Shown in pieces: positions 38,090 through 52,706 of a DNA stretch of 64,000 bases. This DNA comes from Priapulus caudatus (Eukaryota), in NCBI RefSeq assembly GCF_000485595.1, contig NW_014577087.1:577298-641297 (forward strand), given 5' to 3'. Made by a program: the position numbers and the translations under genes. Under the pieces are notes generated by a model. It had not been told where the DNA came from, made no database searches, and saw only the letters and a program-made list of their open reading frames with translations. Position 1 is the first letter of the stretch; every line of letters begins with the position of its first letter.

Positions 38090-41000
38090 AATACACGCTT
38101 GCACGCACACCCACGCGCGTACGCGCGCACACTTATCTGATGACGTCAGATGACGCGGACACGACAATGTTGGGCCATTGCCGATTACGTTTATACAGTA
38201 TTATACACACCGTGCAATGTAATGTATGGAGAGCCTACGCCATAATTGAGTTTCTCGTCTACGTACAAGTCGCGAACATGGTTCGCGTGATCATACTTAT
38301 CACTTTGAAGGCAGAAATCGATTCCAAGTCATGCGCGCGTGTGTGCCGTCATAAAACCTAATGAGACGCACGATATCGACTAGCATGAACGCCTTTTCCA
38401 GTAGCTTGCAGCCATGCAGCCGGCAGAGGCGCATTTGGGTGGATTTACTCGGTGATGTTTTCGTTAGTCTCGCGTATAGTAGTTCTTAGTGCTAACAACG
38501 ATGCGACCTCAATCCTATTACCGCTCTCTCATCTAACACTCAGTTGCTATGGCCGCAGTGGGTGGTGGCGCGAAAGCGAGAGATCAGGTAGAACAGTAAT
38601 TTCCGCTCATCCCGTGCGGAAGCTATATGTAGGCACGTACGCACTTAGCGTTGGCGGTTCCCTTACACACCCCAGCACCACCGCTGTTGCTACTCGGTAA
38701 GGCAAACCGAGAAATGGAGCCGTGTTCTTATAGATGATCATGCTGCCAAAAGCAACTGCAGGTTGCAAACAACAAAAACAAAAACAAACAAAAAAACACA
38801 CAAAAAAACCAAACAAACAAAAACAGTCTACATACAGCGTCAGATCGCAACGAAACAGCGTCAGATCGTCCCCACTAAACGCAACTCGTCAGTCAAATAA
38901 TATCTAGGTTTACACGCGTCGACGCGTCTCTGCTAAAGATTACACTTCGTCTGGTTTTTCGCTTAGCTGCCATTCCGCTGCAAACGCGATGGATGATTCA
39001 GTGAGCTCGCTTCGGCGCACTGACCAGCGTTCATTCGTCGAAATCGAAATATAGTCATTTGCAGGATCGCAGATCCATTTTTTGCGAGAATGACAGAATA
39101 ATTACGAAAATGCGTACATTGCTATTTTAGGTTAGGATTCCGGTTAAACCGAGCACGCCGTGACTAAGCATGATTCTACACTATGCCGAGACGGCGGAAA
39201 CGTGTGTGAGATGTGAGCGTTGCCGACGTTTCTTGTGGTCATTGTTTGACGGCACGGTAGCAAACAATGGGTGACGACAATAGATGTAACAGCCGCGCGT
39301 GCGCACTCGTAATACGTTGACACGACATGTCAGAGGAAACTGCACGGCGGCGCATCATACTCCATTCATTTACCTGCTGTAGCATCCAGTCACCATGGCA
39401 ACGCGCAAACTGTGAATGCATACACACAGGTAGGGAATATCTCCCGATTTTTGTTGTCCGTAGAAAAATCGTAACGGCGAAGTAGCAACGTATGAATCTT
39501 AGCAGATCTATACGCGACGTGTCGTTACTTATAATGGTCGAGTCGAATAAAATTTACGCTGGCAGTCAATAAAGAACAATTCGGTAGAACTCGACGTGTT
39601 CGCTGATTTGAAGCGCTATCCTTCGTTCAACTAGATATCTATCAATCTATCTATCCATCCATCCATTCAGCCATCCGTCCATCTAGCCACCAATCCATCC
39701 CTCTATCCATCCATCTATCAATCTATACATCCATCCATCCATCCATCCATCCATCCATCCATCCATCCATCCATCCATCCATCCATCCCATGGCCATCTA
39801 TCCATCCTAATACATGCCATCTATCCATCAATCCATCCTCCATCCATCCATCCCTCCATCCATCCATCATCATCATCCATCCCTCCATCGCATCATCCAT
39901 GCCATCCATCCATCCATCCATCATGCCATGCCATCCACCATGCCATCGTCATCCATCCATCCCATCCATCCATTCCATCATCCATCATCTCATGCCATCC
40001 CATCCATCCAATCCATCCATCCATCCATGCCATCCACTCATGCATCTCCATACATCCATCATCATCTATTCCATCCCATCCATCGCATCATCCTCCCATC
40101 CATCCATGCATCTATCCATCTCCGACCAACCAAGGCATCCATCATCCCTCCATCCATTCATCATCCATGACCATCCTTTCCATTCCTATCCCATCCATCC
40201 ATCCATCCACCTATCCATGCTTTTTATACATCATCTGATCCATCAATTTATCCATCCATCATCAGCCATCCATGCCATCGCATCCATCCATCCATCCATC
40301 ATCGCCATGCCATCCATCCATCTGCCATCATCCATCCATCCAATCCATCCCATCCATCCATCATCCATGCCATCCTCCATCCATCCATGCCATCCATGCC
40401 ATCCATCGCAATCCATTCCTCATTCGCATCCATTCCATCCATCCATCCATCCATCCCATCCATCCATCCATTCCATCCATCCATCCATCATCCATGCCAT
40501 GCCATCCATTTCCATCGCATCCATCATGCCATCGCATCCATCGGCATCCATCCATCGATCCATCCTTATACTACATCCATCCATCCCTCCATGCCTCCAT
40601 CATGCCATCCATCCATCCATCCATTCCATGCCATCCCATCATCCATTCCATCCATCCATCCATGTCCATCCATCCATTCTGCCTCCATCCATGGCATCGC
40701 ATCCATCCATCCATCATCCATCCATCCCATCTGCCATCCATCCATCCATCCATCCATCACCATCCATCCATCATCATCCATCCATGCCCTCCATCCATCC
40801 ATCCATGCGCATCATCGCATACCCTCCATCCATGCCATCCTCCATCCATGCCTCGCTTGTCATCCTCCATTCCATGCCATAGCCATTCCATCCATCCATT
40901 CCATGCCATTCCATCCATCCATCCATCGCAAGCATTAGGCATGATCTTATGGAACGCAAGATAATGGTCACAGTACTCCGCTGTACGATCATCGATCAAT

Positions 41001-43050
41001 CTGTTCCATTGGTACCGTTACGTAGTCGTTTCTCGTCACCAGCATTGTACAGGACTATTTTATCCATGCTAGATGCATCCAACATTGTAGCATCTAACGC
41101 ATCGCCCTAATCCAGGGACGCACCCTATATCGCTTTGCGTGGCACAGGGTGCCGTGCTGGCGTGCCTATATATCTTCCTGTACCTGTTACTGTGAGATTT
41201 TGTGCATACGCGACGCACAGGTATACGGGTAATTGTCCAGCCGTGAGATCTCCCATCGCAGTGATATACGTGGCGGGGTGGCGGGGCTGTGCGGTTAGGT
41301 ACGTAATTTAAGTTCATGCGTCTACTATGGAGTGTCTACGTGTGAATCGGGAGACGACGTTTCTCTCCCTCTCTCTTACTTACTTGCTCATATATACAGG
41401 CACGCGCGCACACATAGCAGGATGGCGCGCGCGCGGCTGCACACGTGTGCCCTGTATTTGTGGTTGCGGCTGAGAGTACTGTTTTAGATTGTTCCCGTGA
41501 GTTGTGTGGAGCGGTGGGGTTGGAGACCTGGTAGGGACTGGTAATGTAGTGGTGTGCGTTTGGGACACCACACACACACACACACCCCACGACACCATCA
41601 GCACGCAGCACACAGACCCACACACACACACAGCGAGAGACACACACATAGCCACCACACACACACACACACACACACACCCGACACACACACACACTAC
41701 ACACACACACACACGCGCGCGCCGCGCGCGCCGACGCGCGCAACACACGCTCGACAGCACAGGTTTCGATATGTGACTGCGCGAAACTGTGCGCAATGTA
41801 ATAAAGGCCGTCGCACACGCTTACCGCAAAAATCGGTCCGATTCAAGAAATCTCATTCAATCGTTGTAAATCGGCTCATCGCGACGACCTTCCGATAAGA
41901 CACGCCGCACACTCTATGATAAATATTGATTATTTAAACTCCCCTCAATTTCGTTCGTCCACGCTTTTGCTCTATGATAAGGCGCCATTTTGAATGTCAT
42001 GTGACACGGGCACGTTCAGCTATTGGCTGTTCAATATTTTATCGGTAAAGGATTTTTCTGAGTTCATGCGCACACCCAAAATCTTGTCGGATTAAACAAA
42101 ATCGCTTCAAAATAATCGGTTCAAAAATACACTGTTTGTGATTTGGAACGATACACCGATAAAATAATCGTAAGTAAATCGCCTACAAATGAACGCGCGC
42201 ACACCTACGCGCGATATCGGCTGATTTTTATCGGCGCCGATTTTAAATCGCGTGAAAAATCGGCTGGTGTGGCGACGGCTTAACTTGAGGCAGCTATCGG
42301 AGCGTGCATGGTGGAGTTTGGCCTATCACTCGATGCATATTCGTTCCGAAGTGGCTGCGCAATTTCCTAACGCGGGTGGGTGCACGCGTGCGCGTTATCC
42401 CCAGGTTACCCTCGCGGGGCATGGTATTCGCCAAGTAGCGGAATTTACCGAGCTATACAGCGACGGAAGCAGTAGAGAATAGCATGCGCACACGAAATCT
42501 CGGCAGCATATGCGCAGCGCAGCGTCTTCGTTAATATTCTTCGTAATATAGTGAGTCTTGCGCTCATCGTGAGTATTGAGTGCACGCACGCGGCAGCGTG
42601 GATACATTAAGCACATAGCACGGCGTGCAGATTACTGGCCGGCGCTCGCCCAATCTCCATCACGCGAGGCCTGACCGCCCACGTATAGCGAGCGTAAACA
42701 GTCTAAACACACGTAATAACTAGAGGAGTAGAGATTGATTTCTGAAAGTTTTCTGCGAAGCTTCGGCGATATGGCGATGCGCGCGCGTTCGTCACACGAC
42801 GGAGATCCGCGCGCGCTTATATGGACATATTACGTCATGCCGGCCGCCAAAAGCATGTCGGCCGTACTTCGCCGCGATGCGGATTGATGTCATCGTGCTA
42901 AAAATAATCAGGCAGTTTTAGCGAATCGGCTGAGACGCGCGTATTGCGCAATTCGTTTATATCATTTGAGTGTTATGCGTATGTAGCCACAGTAGGAGGT
43001 AAAAGTATTTCGCATATTATATATATTATTAATAGGTATTATTAGTCTTG

Positions 43051-43182
<132 letters not shown>

Positions 43183-43250
43183 TTTATGCATGCGTGTGGT
43201 GCGCGCCGCGCGCGGGTGGTGTGTGTGTGTGTGCGTGCGTGCGTGCGGGT

Positions 43251-43289
<39 letters not shown>

Positions 43290-43916
43290 TGTCTGTCCGT
43301 CTGTCTGTCTGTCTGTCCATATGCATCGCGTTCGTGCTCATAATTTTCAACGCACCTGGATCGAAAGACAGCTCTGCCCGAAATTGCACGTGGAGGCGTC
43401 TGTGTCACAATAGAGGCATTAGAGATGTAACGAGTTTCTTATACGCGATAAACACGAAAATATTACTTATATATTAATATAATATATAAATATTTATATA
43501 ATATTAAAATATACTTATAATTATCTTTTTGTCAGTTTTTTGCGCCCGTGCACAGTGAATACGTCCCACGTAGTGTTAATGACATTTCAGGGTGAAGTAT
43601 TTCATACGGACGTGTATAGTCTGGATTGTGATTATTAGACTGGTTCGCCCCTTTGTCCCGGCCGTCAGATGTAACAGAGCCGAGCCGTCAAATGCACGGT
43701 GAAAGAATCTGATCTGGACTCGCGGTGGGCGTAAATCTGAGATTATACTGCATGCAGTTGGCCATACTCGGCTGTACATATTACGAAGAGCGTATTAAGT
43801 ATGTTACGGATGTTAAGTCTATTTAGGCTGTTACGTTGACCTTTAAGGTGGAAGAATATCGGTTAAATAGCCTAACCGCGAACGTGGTCGTAGCACTAAA
43901 TCTTCTCGAAATATTA

Positions 43917-44391
43917 GCCTCGTTCACACGAGACCTCGTATTTATGAAATACGGTATTTGCGAAATACCGAATCTGAGACAAATACGCGGCCGGAGCGTT
44001 CACACGCTGATTCGCGGCTCCAGAAATGCCGTATTTGCGGCTGCGAGCTGCTTTAAACAATCAAGCGAACAATGCGGAAATAAACAATGCAATGCGCACC
44101 AACTGCCGATAAAATACGTAGACTGGTCCGCGCTCGACAGTTCCACTCGCGTTACACTGGAACTGTCGAGCGCGCGACCAGTCTATAAAATCCGGTATTT
44201 AGCGTTCACACGAGGAAATGCGCCGGTCCAAAAGATCCGGTATTTCTCAAGCACGGCAAATTATTCGGGTCTGGGAAGCCGGTATTTACATCAAATACCG
44301 GATCTGTTTAGATACCGTATTTCTTGGACCGCGAAATTTTGGCCTCATGTGAACGCTAAATACCGGATTTCTTGCTACGTGTGAACGAGGC
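43917..44391. mobile_element. MITE family A, copy 1
   Basis: TIR GCCTCGTTCACACG / CGTGTGAACGAGGC flanked by TA, with internal AAATACCG/CGGTATTT motifs repeated. Confidence 0.8.
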
Positions 44392-44496
44392 TAGTCTCGA
44401 CGAGCCAGAAATGTGAAATTTGAGAGTGTGTTGAAATCCCGACCATGTTGAGTATTTGCAAAACTTCGTGATCGTAGCCGCGTTCACACGTAGCAA

Positions 44497-45142
44497 GAAA
44501 TCCGGTATTTAGCGTTCACGGCAGAAAATGCGGCTCTACGAAATACGGTATCTAAACAAATCCGGTATTTGATGTAAATACGCGGCTTCCCGAGACCCCG
44601 AATAATTTGCCGTGCTTGAGAAATACGCGGATCTCTTGACTGCGCATTTCCTCGTGTGATAGCTAAATACCGGATTTCTGAGGCCGCGTATTTTATAAGA
44701 CTGGTCCGCGCTCGACATTTCCTGTGTAACGCGACATTTACGCGATGGAACTGTCGAGCGCGGACCAGTCTAACGTATTTTATCGGTTGGTGGCCATTGC
44801 ATTGTTTATTTCGCATTGTCGCGTTTGATTGTTTAAGCAGCTTTAAGCTGTTAAGCCCGCCGCACACGTGTAAACTATCTGCTGAGCCAACGGCCTCTTG
44901 AGGCCGTTGGCTCAGCAGATAGTTCACCGTGTGCGGCGGGCTTTAGCTCTTAGCTCTTAGCTCTTAGCTAACAGCTTTTAACTCTTAAGCTGTTTTAGCG
45001 ATCTTAAGCAGCTCGCAGCTCGCAAATACCGTATTTCTGGCGCCGCGAATCAGCGTGTGAACGCTCGGCCGCGTATTTGTTTCAGATTCGGTATTTCGCA
45101 AATACCGTATTTCATAAATACGAGGTCTCGTGTGAACGAGGC
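44497..45142. mobile_element. MITE family A, copy 2 (opposite orientation) with a nested palindromic insertion
   Basis: GCCGCGTTCACACG...CGTGTGAACGAGGC; reverse complement of copy 1, interrupted at ~44845-45005 by a hairpin element and (AGCTCTT)n. Further partial or noisy copies lie at ~49000-49462 and ~55600-55870. Confidence 0.75.
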
Positions 45143-46474
45143 TCGTATTGCGTGAATAATAACAGGAGACCCACACAAGCGCAAAATGTTTTTCTCATAA
45201 TATCACCGCAGTTATTTATCAAGCAATGTAGAACGCTTATAATGTTTGAAACGCGTACAATTTCACAACGAACAGCCTTTAAATAATAAATGATTCGTTC
45301 GTTTTATCATTGATCGCGCTCGCTCGAGCGCGTCTTGCTTGTCAAGATTTATGATGTTTCTTGTAGACTTACTCCCCCCAAAGACTGTTAAGATGTATAT
45401 GCACCGGTCTATTCAATGGGCAGCAGCAGCAGCGCTCTGTACATCTAGCATAAGCGGATCTTTGCGCATAGGTTGGGTCAGGTGTTTTACGCGTATACCT
45501 CGCTACCGAATCTCGCTGCGACTGTCTGCTGGGACCATCGAAATATATAGAGAGACACATATAGTCTAGAGAAATATATAGAGAAATATAAATAGAGAAA
45601 TATATAGTACAACTAGTATATTATATTATTTCTATGGTTGGTACCTATACCATTTTACTCGTCCGTGCGAGAAGTTGCGGGAAGCGTACTTACTACTCTA
45701 AACTATTCACGTTGCGTTTTCTGTTGCGCAATATATCACAACAAAAACATCGCGGCAGAGATCGATCATTGAATCGGTAGAAATCTCGAAATGTTTGACG
45801 TATCGCATGTTTGAGATTCAGTTCACTCTCTATTGCCACCACTGTCGTAGTGCGACTCAACGTCAATGTGCGAGTGACATCTTAATAAACATTAATAAAA
45901 TAACTAAATGAATATGCCAATAAGTCACCAAATAATAAGTTACTCTCCAAACTGGTTCTAATTTATTTTTTCCGAAAGTCCAATCCATTTCTAGAATAGT
46001 ACGCTCCTATTTCGTTAATCGTGTTGTTTTTGACGCCATTCTCTGAAGAATGTACTTGTACGTTTTAAACATACGCCTATATGGAGATTGGCGTAATTAC
46101 TTGAACCAAAATTCGATCCCGAATCTCTCGTGATTTGGAACTGATGTTGTGATTGTTGTTGCGAGTTAATTCAGTAAGGTAAGCCCGATTAAAAAGGTTC
46201 GTATGGAAAAAACGGATGTGAAAGAAACGCTACGGTGAATATTCTTGTCACAACAACCTCGTCCTTTGACGCTCGATGATCCACGTCGGCAAGGAAACTA
46301 TTCTATGTTGCTGGTACCCTGCTTTTTATTACACAAAAATACAGTAAAAACAAACTTAACCCAAATTTGTTCGAAGAAAATTAACTGTCTCTGTGTAGTA
46401 AATCAAATAGGAAATAAATTATGAACAGCATTTACAAAGAACAATTACTGTGGAGCAGCTCTGCTGTTTCTGAC

Positions 46475-46891
46475 TTGCCTGCGCACATGGTGAGAATCGT
46501 GCTGAGCACGGAGCGTGAGTTTCGTGCTCAGCAGGCATCTAACACCCCCGCACACGGTTAGATTCGTGCTGAGCACGGATCTTACGAGCGGGTGCCACTG
46601 TAGGTCATGTGACAGATTAAAATGGCGGAACCAATCCAAATGCGCCGCCACTGAGTGAGAACCAATGAAAATGCGCCGCCACTGAGTGAGTGTACGCAGG
46701 AGTCTCACATACGCCGCACACGCGGAGTTTTCAGCCTGGCAGACCAAAATTATCGAACACGACAGACATTTTCCTCACCGCCTCGTGAAACCGATAACTC
46801 ACATAAATCGACCGCGCGCACGGTGAGGTTCGTGCTGAGCAGGAAACTCACGCTCAGCAGTCAGCACGAATCTCACCGCGTGCGCCGGGTA
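46475..46891. mobile_element. MITE with imperfect ~30 bp TIRs
   Basis: Left GCGCACATGGTGAGAATCGTGCTGA and right TCAGCACGAATCTCACCGCGTGCGC, with internal TCGTGCTGAGCA repeats. Confidence 0.65.
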
Positions 46892-47189
46892 GTACCCAGT
46901 TACGGCCCATCTCTCGTCTGTCACGCTATTGTTTCATACTAAGAGCACAGCTGGATTGGATTGCATTTAGAAAATTATTTATGATCGACTGCGAACGCTT
47001 TGACCACTGTCACGAACTATAATTGATCTGTCACGCGCCACAATATTGATCTCTTGCTTGTCAAATCGCCATATCTGTATTTGGCTGTGCCCGGTTACTC
47101 TTGCCACGTGGCAATCCCTATACCTCGTCTAAGCTCGCCTCAAACAAAAGATATTACCCCCCACACCCTCCATCCCATTAACCCAGTTG

Positions 47190-47680
47190 CTATATAGCCC
47201 AGTGTCACACTCGGCTAACTCGCTCCCCCAGCCCACTCATCGTTGCCAGTATCCCACACCCTCCTCCACTCCACCCAGTGTTGTCAAAGTATCTCACATC
47301 CTCCTCCACTCCACCCAGAGTTGTCAGAGCGCCTCACGCCCTCCTACATCTCATCCGGTGTTATCTGAAACTTTCCCGCCCTTCCCAGCTAAGCCATCGT
47401 TATCAGAATATTTCACTCCCTCCCCCACGCCCACCCATCGGTGTCAGAGCATCTTCCGCCCTCCCTCACCCCACACATCGTTGCCTGAGACTCTCACTCC
47501 CTCCTCAACCCCACCCACATCGTTGTCAAAAGGTCTCACACACTCCCCAATGTCACACATTGTTGTCAGAGAGTCTCATGCCCTCCCCAAGTTCACCCAA
47601 AATTGTCAGAGAGCTTCTCACACTCTCGGGCAGAATTGTCAGAGAGTTTCCTCCCCTCCCCCCTCCGCGTTCCTCCACCC
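47190..47680. repeat. Degenerate C-rich ~40-45 bp minisatellite
   Basis: Recurring CTCAC..CCTCCTCCACTCCACCCA..GTTGTCAGAG units. Confidence 0.65.
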
Positions 47681-47894
47681 TACCAGCCTTCCCCGGCCAG
47701 CCTCCGCTGAGCGGGACTTGTTAGATTATGGCGCGAGACGCTGCCGCATGCACGACCTGGCTAATTGCCTGTCAGTGATTTGTATCGACCGCGGCCGTCG
47801 GTCGATGCGACTCAGCGCTCGCCGGCTTTAATAAGACCCGCGCTGCGTGACAGCTATAGCAATTCGTGATGCGACCAGCACACGCGCGCTGACA

Positions 47895-47922
47895 CTGCTG
47901 CTGTCACTGCTGCTGCTGCTGC

Positions 47923-47956
<34 letters not shown>

Positions 47957-48165
47957 GATGATGATGATGGTGCTGCTACTGTTGCTGCTGATGCTGGTAG
48001 TGGTGTTACTACTGCTGGTGGTGCTAGTGCTGTGGCTGTTATTGTTGTTGTTTTTGTTGTTGTTGTTGCTGCTGCTGCTATTGTTGTTGTTGTTGTTGTT
48101 GTTGTTGATGTTGTGGACGATGATGATGATGGCGGTGGTGGTGTCGCTGTTACTCCAGCTGCTGC
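47895..48165. repeat. Mixed (CTG/TTG/ATG/GTG)n trinucleotide tract
   Basis: Directly visible; gives poly-L/N/T/S pseudo-ORFs. Confidence 0.85.
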
Positions 48166-48915
48166 GGCCGCGGCGAGATACATTAAAAGCCATGTTTGCT
48201 AACTAGCACACGGCCCGCCGTCCTACCTGCCTTATACCTATGCTAACCTTACCTCACCAGTCTCTCTGTTTACCTTACACTAACTGATACACGGTACCGT
48301 ACTCTCATCTGTAGCCGTATTACCAGCGTTGCCTGTCATAGCTGTGAGTGTTCGGCTACTCTAAAATACCACACACGTTACGTAATAGTGCGATTATTTT
48401 GTTTAAGTTTAAACATTTATGTTTGATAAATCCCGAAGCTTGATTTGTTTACCACGGTGACAGCTCTACTGCTCTAATTGTCGTTGACAATCTGAATGAA
48501 GTCGCAAGAGCTTGTCAATAAATACCTGCATTATTCACAACGTAAACCTATTCTTCTATAGTATAATGAGATCCGATGCATTCATTCCGCGAGCTATGTA
48601 TAATTATTACGGCAATGAGGGACATTGCTGGTTGGAGTTGCGGCAATGGGCTGCTGTCGGACTGCATGCTGAGATCGGCAGGATTACGTTGCTGAGCTTA
48701 TTTGTCTTTGACTATCGAGTCTGACGTTGACTCTAATGGTTCGGCCCGATGCGCCTATAACGTTAGCTGTTTATTGCGGGGTAAATGCAGTGGTGAACCT
48801 ATTAGTGTGATGTAGCGCGCGTTGGCGAAAGCTGTTGGGAACAATAAAATGTCGCAACGCATTCGGGAGACGTGTTAAGTAATTGCTCGAGCTGTTCTAT
48901 TTATGCGTGTGTGTG

Positions 48916-48952
<37 letters not shown>

Positions 48953-49968
48953 GCGTGCGTGCGAGTGTTTGTGCGCGCGCGTGTGTATATATGTATACTA
49001 GGGTAATCTAAACAGATCCGGTAATTTGATTGTAAATACGCGGCTTTCCCAGACCCCGAAATGAATTTGCCTGTGCTTGAGAAATATTCGATTCTCCTTT
49101 TGACCGCGCGCAATTTTCCGTCTGTGTGAACGCTACCATACGCGGATTTCTGAAGCCGACGTATTTAACGACTTGTCGCGCGCTTCGACAGTTCAGTGTA
49201 ACGCGAGTGGCAATTGTCGAGCGCGGACCAGTCTATCGGGTATTTATCGGCAGTTTGTGGCGCAATTGCAGTTGTTTAATTTCGCATTGTTCGCTTGACA
49301 TTGGATTTTAAAGGCGCTTGCAGCTCGCAAGAGAGTACGGCGCATTTGCTGGACCCGCGAATGCAGCGTGTGAGTACGCTCGGTCCGCTTATTGTCTAGA
49401 TTCGGTATTGCAAAATACCGATTTCATAGAATTACGAGGTCGCTCAGTGGGGAACGGAGGCTTATGAGTTGCCACACCAATACCTTCGTTAGCGGTAACG
49501 GCCGTAACAAATTGGAGAGAATCTCCGAATGGCGGACGCCGCGAGTTGCTCATATCTATCTAATTTGTTTCATTGCTCGTGAAAGTATTTGGCCATCTGA
49601 AATAGAAGATATGTCATTCCTATCTTGTAAATATTTGGCAAATTTTCCCCACGGCGGAACCATCCTGCCTCATCTTTGTGTAAAATCGTCCATTGGTATA
49701 ACCATTTTTCCGGGCTAGCATCGATTATTTTACTCGTGTCAACCGATATGTTCTGACCGGACTGCAATAGCGGCACGGGCGAGATCTGGCTATAGTTGTC
49801 TTTCAAAGTTTACTCTACACATGCAGTGAAGATGTTATGTCTGTCGCTGCACATAGCACTGCGCCCACATCACGCGATAGGCGACGTACTCGCACAACGC
49901 GTCCCGTGTGTGTTGTGTGTGTGTGTGTGGTGCGCGTGTGTGTGGTGTGTGTGTGTGTGCGTGTGTTG

Positions 49969-49999
<31 letters not shown>

Positions 50000-50629
50000 C
50001 GTGTGTGTGTTTGTGTGTTCGTGGTGTGTGTGGTGTTGTGGTGGCGCGGTGTTGTGTTGCGTCATAAACACAAAAGAAGCAAGTCCAAATGGCATGTTGC
50101 ACGATGCCGATGGCACATGTTATGGCGGGCCCATGATCAACATCATTGGCGTGTGTGATACGGGACCCTCTTCATTTAACTGCATTGATGATTGCTGGCG
50201 ATGTATGTCACATGAGAATCTCCTCAGTAGTGACTACTGGTATGCTGACCGTGACGAGTATTTAACCACACACACGCACACACAACACAACACACACGAC
50301 ACACACACAACACACACAGCGCACACACACACGACACACACACACGCCGCGCATTGCGCGACACACATGGCACACAGCACATACACAACATACAACACAC
50401 CGCACACACCACGCACGAACGCAACACAGGCGCACACACACACACACACACCACACAACACACACACCACATAACACTGACACCACACACACACACCCAC
50501 ACACGACACATCACACATCACACACACACACACATCACACACACACAAGCGCGCACACACAAGCGCCACACAGCACAAAGCGCACGTGACATACAGACAA
50601 TTCTAATAATAGTATTTGAGTTCGTACTG

Positions 50630-52419
50630 TATTCTATGTATCGTATGTATGTATCGGTTATGTATGTATGTATGTATGCTATGTATGTATGTTGCTATGT
50701 ATGTATGTAGTGGGTACATGGTTATGTATGTTATGGTAAATGTATGTATGTATGTATGTATGTATGTGTGATGCTGAATGTAGTGTATGTATGTATGTAT
50801 GTATGTATGTATGATGTATGTATGTATGTATGTTATTGTATGTATGTATGTATTGTATGTATGTAATGTATGTATGGTATGTATGTATGTATGTATGCTA
50901 TGTATGTATGTTATTGTATGTATGTATGTATGTATGTATGTATGGTAAATGTATGGTATGGTATGTAATGTATGATATGTATGTAATGTTAGTATGTATA
51001 GTATGTATGTATGTATGTAAATGCTATGTATTGTTGTAGTATGTATGATGTAAATGGTATGATGTATTATGTATTGTATGTATGTATGTATGTAGTATTT
51101 ATGTATGTATTATGTATGTATAAGTATGTGTATGTATGTAGTTCTTATGTCTATGTATGTATGTATGTATGGTATGTATGTATGTATTGTATTGTATTAA
51201 GTATGCTATGTATGTGATGTATGTATGTATATGTAGGTATTTGTATGTATGTATGTATGTAGTATCGTATGTAGTATGTAGTATGTATGTATGATGTATG
51301 TGTTGTAGGTAGTATAGTATTATGTAGATATGTATTTGTATGTATTTGTAGTATGTTAATGTATGTACTGATGTATGTTATGTATGTATGTATGTATGTA
51401 TGTTGTATGTATGTATGTATTATGTATGTATGTATGTATGTATGTATGTATGTTAGTATGTATGTAGTATTAGTATGTATGTATGATGTATATGTATGTA
51501 TGTATGTATGTATTATGTATGTATGTATGTATGTTGATGTATGTATTGTATGTATGTATGTTTGTAATGTATGTATGGTATTGTATGTTATGTATGTATG
51601 TATTGTAGATGTAATGTAATGTATGTATGTATGTAGTATGTCATGTATTGGTATGTAAGTGTAATGTAGTGTTAATGTTATGTTGTATTATGTATGTATG
51701 TATAGTATTTGTATTAAGTATGTATGTATGTATTGTTGTAATGTATGTATATGTAGTATGTAATGTATGGTATGTATGTTGTATGATGTATGTATGTATG
51801 TATGTTATGTATTGTATTGTATGTATGTATGTATGTCTGTATGTTGTATGTTATGTATGTACTGTATGTTGTTATGTATGTATGTATGTATGTATGTTGT
51901 ATGTATGTATTATGTTATGTATGTATGTATGTATGTATGTATGTCTATGATATTACTGCTATCATATGTTGTATGTATGTATGTATGTATTTTGTATGTA
52001 TGTATGTAGTATGTATGTATGTATGTATGTAGTATGTATGTATGTATGCTATGTTATGTGATGTAATTATGTATGTAGTGNNNNNNNNNNNNNNNNNNNN
52101 NNNNNTATGGATGTATGTATGTATGTATGTATGTATGTATGTATGTATGTATTGTATGTATTATGAGTATGATTTTTTTTTTTTTTTTTTGTATTAGTAT
52201 GTATGTATGTATGTATTATGTAGGTATGTATGTACATGTATGATGTATGTATGTATGTGTATGTATGTATGTATGTATGTATGTATGTAGTGTACTGTAT
52301 GTATGTATGTATGTACTGTATGCTATGTATGTATGTCATGATGTATGTATGTATGTAATGTATGTATGGGTATGTAATGTTATGTATGTATGTAGATGTA
52401 TGTATGTAGTGTATGTATG

Positions 52420-52452
<33 letters not shown>

Positions 52453-52674
52453 GTAGGTGTATGTATTCTATGTATGTATGTATGTATGTAGTATGTATGT
52501 ATGTGTATGTAATGTATGTGTGTATGTATGTATGTAGTATGTATGTATGTATGTATGTATGTATGTACATGTATGTATGTATTATGGTATGTATGTATGT
52601 GTAATGTATGTATGTATGTATGTGATGTAGTGTATTGTATGTATGTATGTATGGTATGTGTGTATGTATGTATG

Positions 52675-52706
<32 letters not shown>

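Larger units (their letters stand above)
32641..41750. repeat. Right arm of the inverted duplication (contains the intact CNG exons 1-2)
   Basis: Reverse complement of ~21590-31375. Confidence 0.92.

Noticed and set aside
47828..48206. Poly-Gln/His, poly-Thr or poly-Leu coding exon
   Set aside because: The Gln/His frame has a TAA just before the tract, and the other frames are low-complexity with no flanking coding exons.
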